From Andalucia godoyi And28 (Eukaryota > Protista > Jakobida), in NCBI GenBank assembly GCA_009859145.1, contig VRVR01000013.1, positions 24,786-88,785 of the forward strand: a stretch of DNA of 64,000 nucleotides, read 5' to 3'. This document shows, one piece after another, positions 61,559 to 64,000 of the stretch; the first letter of the stretch is position 1; each line of letters begins with the position of its first letter. Position numbers and translations under genes: made by a program. The notes beneath the pieces were generated by a model. The model was not told where the DNA came from. It saw only the letters and a program-made list of their open reading frames with translations, and searched no databases.

Positions 61559-62539
61559 ATGTCAAACGAGGTGAAAAAGACTGTCGGTCTTGTTGGATTT
61601 CCGTTCAGCGGAGGACAACGGCATGGCGGAGTTGAAAAAGGACCGTGTGTGCTCCGTGATCCGATTCAAAGTATTCTTTCTCATCTTGGACTGTGCGTTA
61701 CAGATCTTGGAGATGTAGATGTGGATGCATGCTCGACGCACCTGAATGTCAACTTGCCGGTTGTTTCCAAAGTCGATACAAGCCAAGCAGCTGCAAACAA
61801 GGCCTATCAAGCAACGCAGGTTGCTTCGGCAACTTGTAGTCTGGCCAGCTCTCTCGTCTCTGCACTCGCAAAATACGACTTTGTGGTGACGATGGGTGGA
61901 GACCACTCGGCTGGCATCGGAACGCTGTCTGCCGTGCTGCAACATGATCCGCGAACAGTGGTTGTATGGGTGGATGCACATGCGGACATCAACACGCTGG
62001 ATTGCTCGCCGTCCGGAAATATGCACGGGATGCCAGTTTCCGTCGTTGCGCGCCTTGGATCGCTTCCCGAGGCGTTCAAATGGCTTGAGCACTATCCCGC
62101 GCTGAATCTTAGCAGAATCGGCTACCTCGGGCTCCGCGATGTCGATGCGGGCGAAAGGGTCATTCTCGCAAACCACGGAGTCACTGCGTTCTCAGCATCC
62201 GATATTGAAAAGGTGGGAATTGCAAATGCAGTGCAAAGCGTAATCGACGCATTGGATCCGAGTCACACGGCTCCCATTCACATTTCGTTCGACATCGATG
62301 GTATCGATCCCATGGATGCACCGGCTACTGGAACGCCAGTCCGCGGCGGAATCACTGTGCGGGAGGCGAAATTGGCGATGGAGATGCTTGCACAGACGGG
62401 ACGCGTCAGGAGCATGGATATGGTCGAGGTGAACCCGGACTTAAACTGGCTTGGGGAGCCCTCGAAAGAGGCTGTGGACAGGACTGTAGGCTGTGCAGCC
62501 GAGATCGTCGCCGCAGCATTGGGAAGGTCTCCGCTGTGA
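61559..62539 (+). CDS. ARG: Arginase
   Basis: GGDHSAGIG, WVDAHADIN, SGNMHGMP, HISFDIDGIDP, ATGTPVRGG and MVEVNP. Confidence 0.95.
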   Translation: MSNEVKKTVGLVGFPFSGGQRHGGVEKGPCVLRDPIQSILSHLGLCVTDLGDVDVDACSTHLNVNLPVVSKVDTSQAAANKAYQATQVASATCSLASSLVSALAKYDFVVTMGGDHSAGIGTLSAVLQHDPRTVVVWVDAHADINTLDCSPSGNMHGMPVSVVARLGSLPEAFKWLEHYPALNLSRIGYLGLRDVDAGERVILANHGVTAFSASDIEKVGIANAVQSVIDALDPSHTAPIHISFDIDGIDPMDAPATGTPVRGGITVREAKLAMEMLAQTGRVRSMDMVEVNPDLNWLGEPSKEAVDRTVGCAAEIVAAALGRSPL

Positions 62540-62766
62540 GCAGGGACGACCTCGAGGCAGCCCTCAATAAGAACAGAAAAGAAAAAGAATGAAAAGAAGC
62601 AGATCGATCGTCGACTCTAGTATTTGGAAAAAAAAGCGTTTAGTTTAGTTAGAGATTGTTTGTTTGCATGTGTGGTTTTCGTATCGTCCATAGCGTAAAA
62701 GACATGTTTCCCGTGTGTTTTGCTTTCTCGTTCTTCACTGCCGTTTTTCAACACGTGCATCGTTTT

Positions 62767-62769
<3 letters not shown>

Positions 62770-62834
<65 letters not shown>
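62770..62834. repeat. (CT)n microsatellite
   Basis: Direct reading. Confidence 0.95.
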
Positions 62835-62837
<3 letters not shown>

Positions 62838-63170
62838 GTGCGCCCGTGTAAAAAACAGCGGAAACCGCACGGAACTAAACAGCAATGCAGGTTCCAGTGT
62901 GGCTATCATAACGTCGAGAGAGTAAACGGAAACCTGTCCGGTGTTCAACCTCGCACAGGTTGAATTGCATCGCAGGAGGAGGTCGACTTGTATCCGGTGG
63001 AAGTAGCCTGTTGCTCTCATTTCTGATACATGGCGCATTCCAGGGGATCCCGCTGGCAACTCAACGTTTTTCTGGAAATCTTTGTTTTTTTATCTCACAA
63101 GTTTTGTGTATATGCCATCAACTGCAACAGTGCAAGGAAAAACAAACAATACAAATTTACGATATACACA

Positions 63171-63749
63171 ATGAACAACAACGATCTGCGTGATGGTTGC
63201 CAGCTTCTGACAGAAGATCACAACAAAGTCCGCGGTTTATTCCGAGAATACTGGGCAAAGAAGGGGTTCCAGGAGAAGCATGCAGTGTCCATGCAGATAT
63301 GCAGGGAACTTGCGATGCACGCCGCCGTTGAAGAGATGCACCTGTATCCGCTAGTGCGTTCAAAGTTGGGGGATGATCACGGTGCCGAGATGGCAGACGA
63401 TTCGCTGAAGGACCACATGGCTGTCAAAATGGCGTGCGACTCGATTGAGCGAGTGACACAGGACGAAGGTCTGCTAGATGATTGGATGAATGACTTGTGG
63501 AATGACTTTGAGAAACACTCCAAGGAAGAGGAAATGGAAATCTTCACTCGGCTTCGGATGGTCTGCACCCAAGGTGAGCTAATGTCGCTCAAGTCTAAGC
63601 TTGAATCTTCAAAGAAGCTTGCGCCAACCAAGGCCCATCCTTACATGCCGGACAAGCCTCCGATGAATCTCGTGACGGGACCAATCGCGGGAATTGCAGA
63701 CAGGGCTGTGGACGCAGCAAAAGGCATGTTCAGCAGCCGTGAGCAGTAA
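63171..63749 (+). CDS. Hemerythrin/HHE cation-binding domain protein
   Basis: LTEDHNKV, HAAVEE..LYP, DH and HSKEEE..IF, plus the C-terminal APTxAHP..P motif. ATG at 63171. Confidence 0.88.
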   Translation: MNNNDLRDGCQLLTEDHNKVRGLFREYWAKKGFQEKHAVSMQICRELAMHAAVEEMHLYPLVRSKLGDDHGAEMADDSLKDHMAVKMACDSIERVTQDEGLLDDWMNDLWNDFEKHSKEEEMEIFTRLRMVCTQGELMSLKSKLESSKKLAPTKAHPYMPDKPPMNLVTGPIAGIADRAVDAAKGMFSSREQ

Positions 63750-64000
63750 TAATGTGCTTGCACGTGCTCTCGAGCATCTTTTGTTGAACTCTCCGACACT
63801 GAATTGTATGATAAATAGGAGGATGATGAGACATCCGTGTCATCGCCAAGAAAGAAAAGAAAGAAAAAACTGGCATTTCATTGAAAACCAAACCAAAAAA
63901 ACAGCACTGTTAGAAAACTTGGGTGAGGGGGAACCATATTGTACGAAACCTCACCTTAATCACCACCGATCTTCAACCGGCAGCACACGACTGGCATCTC

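Noticed and set aside
62944-62964. Perfect 8-bp hairpin TTCAACCT-CGCAC-AGGTTGAA upstream of the hemerythrin gene
   Set aside because: The loop is not an IRE (CAGUGN), and several such stems are expected by chance in 64 kb.

Overview
Gene-dense, almost intron-free eukaryotic (protist) nuclear DNA in the standard genetic code. I find about 34 protein-coding genes separated by short AT/pyrimidine-rich spacers with many microsatellites. No rRNA, tRNA or CRISPR features were found. Recognisable housekeeping genes include PEPD, histone H4, TECR, NAA35, an ELMOD protein, VPS55, BUD32, eIF4A, GNL1, UBC12, RBBP6/Mpe1, HOOK and arginase. Five things stand out. (1) A nucleus-encoded SmpB with a mitochondrial-type presequence and an altered C-terminal tail implies organellar trans-translation; with the intron poverty this suggests a jakobid-like organism (inference only). 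(2) There is a DASH/Dam1 subunit (Dad2-like) in a non-fungal context. (3) The histone H4 is strongly divergent. (4) A FAR1/MULE-derived gene looks domesticated. (5) Two families of dispersed intergenic elements that the ORF track does not explain each lie just upstream of a gene, in the same orientation relative to it. Family A has three copies that form an internal-deletion series and carries a small antisense MAPKR- ORF. Family B has two copies with conserved ends, unrelated middles and transition-only divergence. One GT-AG intron (HOOK) and several pseudogene-like relics were also found. All protein calls come from motif recognition by eye, not database searches.
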